Part shown: positions 30,316 to 32,000 of the stretch, in pieces
Position numbering within the stretch: the stretch's first letter is position 1
How the letters are laid out: the number at the start of each line of letters is the position of its first letter
Source of the DNA: Methanothermus fervidus DSM 2088
GTDB taxonomy: Archaea > Methanobacteriota > Methanobacteria > DSM-2088 > Methanothermaceae
DNA length: 32,000 bases
NCBI GenBank assembly: GCA_000166095.1
Contig: CP002278.1
Span: forward strand, 960,001-992,000
Reading direction: 5' to 3'
Notes under the pieces: generated by a model
Database searches by the model: none
Told to the model about the DNA's origin: nothing
The model's input: the letters and a program-made list of their open reading frames with translations, nothing else
Translations under genes and position numbers: made by a program

Positions 30316-31098
30316 TTAAAAAATCTTTTTAATTTTTGCTTTAATTGTATTTAAACCACCACCCATTCTATAAGAAAGAAAAAGTTTTATTGTATCTCCA
30401 GCTCTTACTTCCTCATTTTCAACTGGAATAAAAATTGGTGTATTCATCATTGGTGTTGGTCCACAAATTATCTCCTCTGAAATAAGGGTAAAGGTGATTA
30501 TCTTAATACCTCTCAAAATTCCACTATTTTTTATTTGCAACCTAATAGTATCTTTAAATTTTTCTTTATTTTTATTTAAAAAAAGTATTTCGTTGTATTT
30601 TTTAATTTTTCCCAAACTTTTGTATTCCATACCTTTTCTTTCATAAATTATGTGGGGAATGTTTGCATCCACAGGTTCAACACAATTTATGACTCCTAGT
30701 GGGATAACATTGCCATTTTCTTTTAGAAATGTTATAGCTTTGTTCATAACTGGAACTTGTTTTTCATCGATTAATGCAGTATCTAACATTTCACAGATAA
30801 TTGTATCAGCATATTCTGGAAATTCAAACTCAAAAACATCTTTATTAATTACTTTAACATTTTTAAAATTATATAAATTCTTCTTTGCATAATTAGCTAT
30901 TTTTTCATTTTTTTCTATTGCAAAAATAAATTTTGCGTGAGGCGCTGCAAAATATGAAAATATTCCACTACCTGTACCTAAATCATATACAATACCTTTT
31001 GCTAATTTCTTTATTGCTTCATAAAATGCTGACAATCTTTCAGTGTCTTTTAATAAATTATAATGATAGGGTGTAACAAAAAATTTACACTTCTTCAT
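30316..31098 (-). CDS. SAM-dependent methyltransferase with PRMT-like architecture
   Basis: HYNLLKDTERLSAFYEAI, VYDLGTGSGIFSYFAA, acidic loop EMLDTALIDE, and a downstream beta-rich domain. Confidence 0.8.
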   Translation of the reverse strand: MKKCKFFVTPYHYNLLKDTERLSAFYEAIKKLAKGIVYDLGTGSGIFSYFAAPHAKFIFAIEKNEKIANYAKKNLYNFKNVKVINKDVFEFEFPEYADTIICEMLDTALIDEKQVPVMNKAITFLKENGNVIPLGVINCVEPVDANIPHIIYERKGMEYKSLGKIKKYNEILFLNKNKEKFKDTIRLQIKNSGILRGIKIITFTLISEEIICGPTPMMNTPIFIPVENEEVRAGDTIKLFLSYRMGGGLNTIKAKIKKIF

Positions 31099-31504
31099 CT
31101 ATTTCTTTTCCTGTTGAAGTACTTGTTAAGCGTACATGTTCAACGCCTTTTAATCGCATTAATTTCTCTGTTAGTTCCCTGATCTTTGCCACATCTCCTT
31201 TTGTAACAAGTACTTCAAGGCAATGTTTATCTGTCAAATGTACATGCATGCTAGCATTTATGTATTTTCTGTATTCATGTTGTACATCTGAGATTTCTTC
31301 AACAATGCCTTTATATTCTTTGTTGTAAATTACTGCAATAACACCAATTCTTTCTCCTTCCATCTCATGCATCCACTGATATCTTACTATATAATCTTTT
31401 ATTGCATCTCTTATTCCTTTTGATCTAGATTGGTATCCTCTATTTCTTAATATTTCATCAAACTCTTCTAACAATTTTTTAGGTAGAGACATACTAATCC
31501 TCAT
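31085..31504 (-). CDS. nikR: Nickel-responsive regulator NikR
   Basis: MRISMSLPKKLLEEFDEILRNRGYQSRSKGIRDAIKDYI RHH domain; metal-site pattern QHEYR...HVHL..KHCLEVLV. Confidence 0.93.
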   Translation of the reverse strand: MRISMSLPKKLLEEFDEILRNRGYQSRSKGIRDAIKDYIVRYQWMHEMEGERIGVIAVIYNKEYKGIVEEISDVQHEYRKYINASMHVHLTDKHCLEVLVTKGDVAKIRELTEKLMRLKGVEHVRLTSTSTGKEIDEEV

Positions 31505-31529
31505 CATTAATATCACCTCCCCTAATACA

Positions 31530-31576
31530 ATAATAAGTTAATACTTATATTTAAATATTCATAATAAATTAATACT
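31530..31576. promoter_or_regulatory. Direct-repeat pair flanking a TATA-like box upstream of nikR
   Basis: ATAATAAGTTAATACT (31530-31545) and ATAATAAATTAATACT (31561-31576), 15/16 identical, spaced 31 nt, around TTTAAATA. Confidence 0.5.
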
Positions 31577-31821
31577 AGTTATTTTAATTAAATTAAAAAA
31601 TAGAATCAAATAATTATCTGTATGAATTAAAAAATTAATAGAAGCATGAAAACCGTTAAAAAAACAGCTTGATATGTTTTATTTTTTCTTTTACATTTAT
31701 CTCTAAAATTATTGTGTTATAATTAATACAATTATTAATATAATTAATATTTGTGTAATACTTAATTTTATATTTTTAATATCAGGAGAGATTAAAAGTA
31801 ATAAAAGAACAACAATATTCC

Positions 31822-32000
31822 TTATATTCTCTTAGCTAAAAACCTTAATAACTTATAAACAGAATCTGTAGAGGGATGAACTTCTATAAAATTGTCAAAA
31901 TCCTGAACTTTACTTCCAAGCCTCAATAAATGGGAAAGGTATGCTACATAATCTCTACCAATAGGTGATACTGCATATACTCGAGATATTTCTCCAGTAT
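31822..32000 (-). CDS. C-terminal end of a probable NAD(P)/FAD-dependent oxidoreductase (truncated by window edge)
   Basis: Hand translation: TGEISRVYAVSPIGRDYVAYLSHLLRLGSKVQDFDNFIEVHPSTDSVYKLLRFLAKRI*; resembles the disulfide-reductase dimerisation domain (xHPxxS/T). Confidence 0.6.
   Translation of the reverse strand, partial: TGEISRVYAVSPIGRDYVAYLSHLLRLGSKVQDFDNFIEVHPSTDSVYKLLRFLAKRI

Noticed and set aside
31600-31800. TAATTAAT-type repeats in the gap upstream of nikR
   Set aside because: Low-complexity AT sequence; apart from the 31530-31576 pair, no spacing or length exceeds what AT-rich DNA gives by chance.
1-32000. CRISPR array, transposon, integrase or toxin-antitoxin cassette
   Set aside because: No regularly spaced repeats, transposase/integrase motifs or terminal inverted repeats noticed on either strand.

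Overview
AT-rich archaeal chromosome window, most likely from a euryarchaeote with F420-dependent metabolism (inference from frhADGB and cofC). Positions 1 to about 11.8 kb are one long plus-strand informational array: pus10, rpl21e, rpoF, DUF655, ksgA, HemK-type MTase, hpt, dph2, csl4, rpoL, DUF99, Nudix, TFS, pcn, gins51, rpl44e, rps27e, aif2a, nop10, a PAC2-family proteasome chaperone and endoQ. The remainder holds two radical-SAM genes, an frhADGB hydrogenase operon, purA, thiD, cofC, proS, a second PAC2-family protein, trm1, a CPBP protease, a DegT aminotransferase, a hydrogenase-protease-like ORF, a PRMT-like methyltransferase, nikR, and four tRNA genes. No CRISPR array or mobile element was found. 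Best non-routine signals: (1) an unannotated C/D box sRNA on the minus strand at 14857-14917, with two exactly 12-nt guides; (2) an archaeal methyltransferase (30316-31098) that resembles eukaryotic protein arginine methyltransferases, including double-Glu spacing of 9; (3) a 16-nt direct repeat spaced 31 bp around the nikR TATA-like box; (4) a perfect 9-2-9 inverted repeat upstream of frhA; (5) a maturation-protease-like ORF whose natural ATG start is one base out of frame; (6) a G5/C5 hairpin enclosing the rps27e start codon. No complete novel multi-gene system can be claimed from sequence alone.
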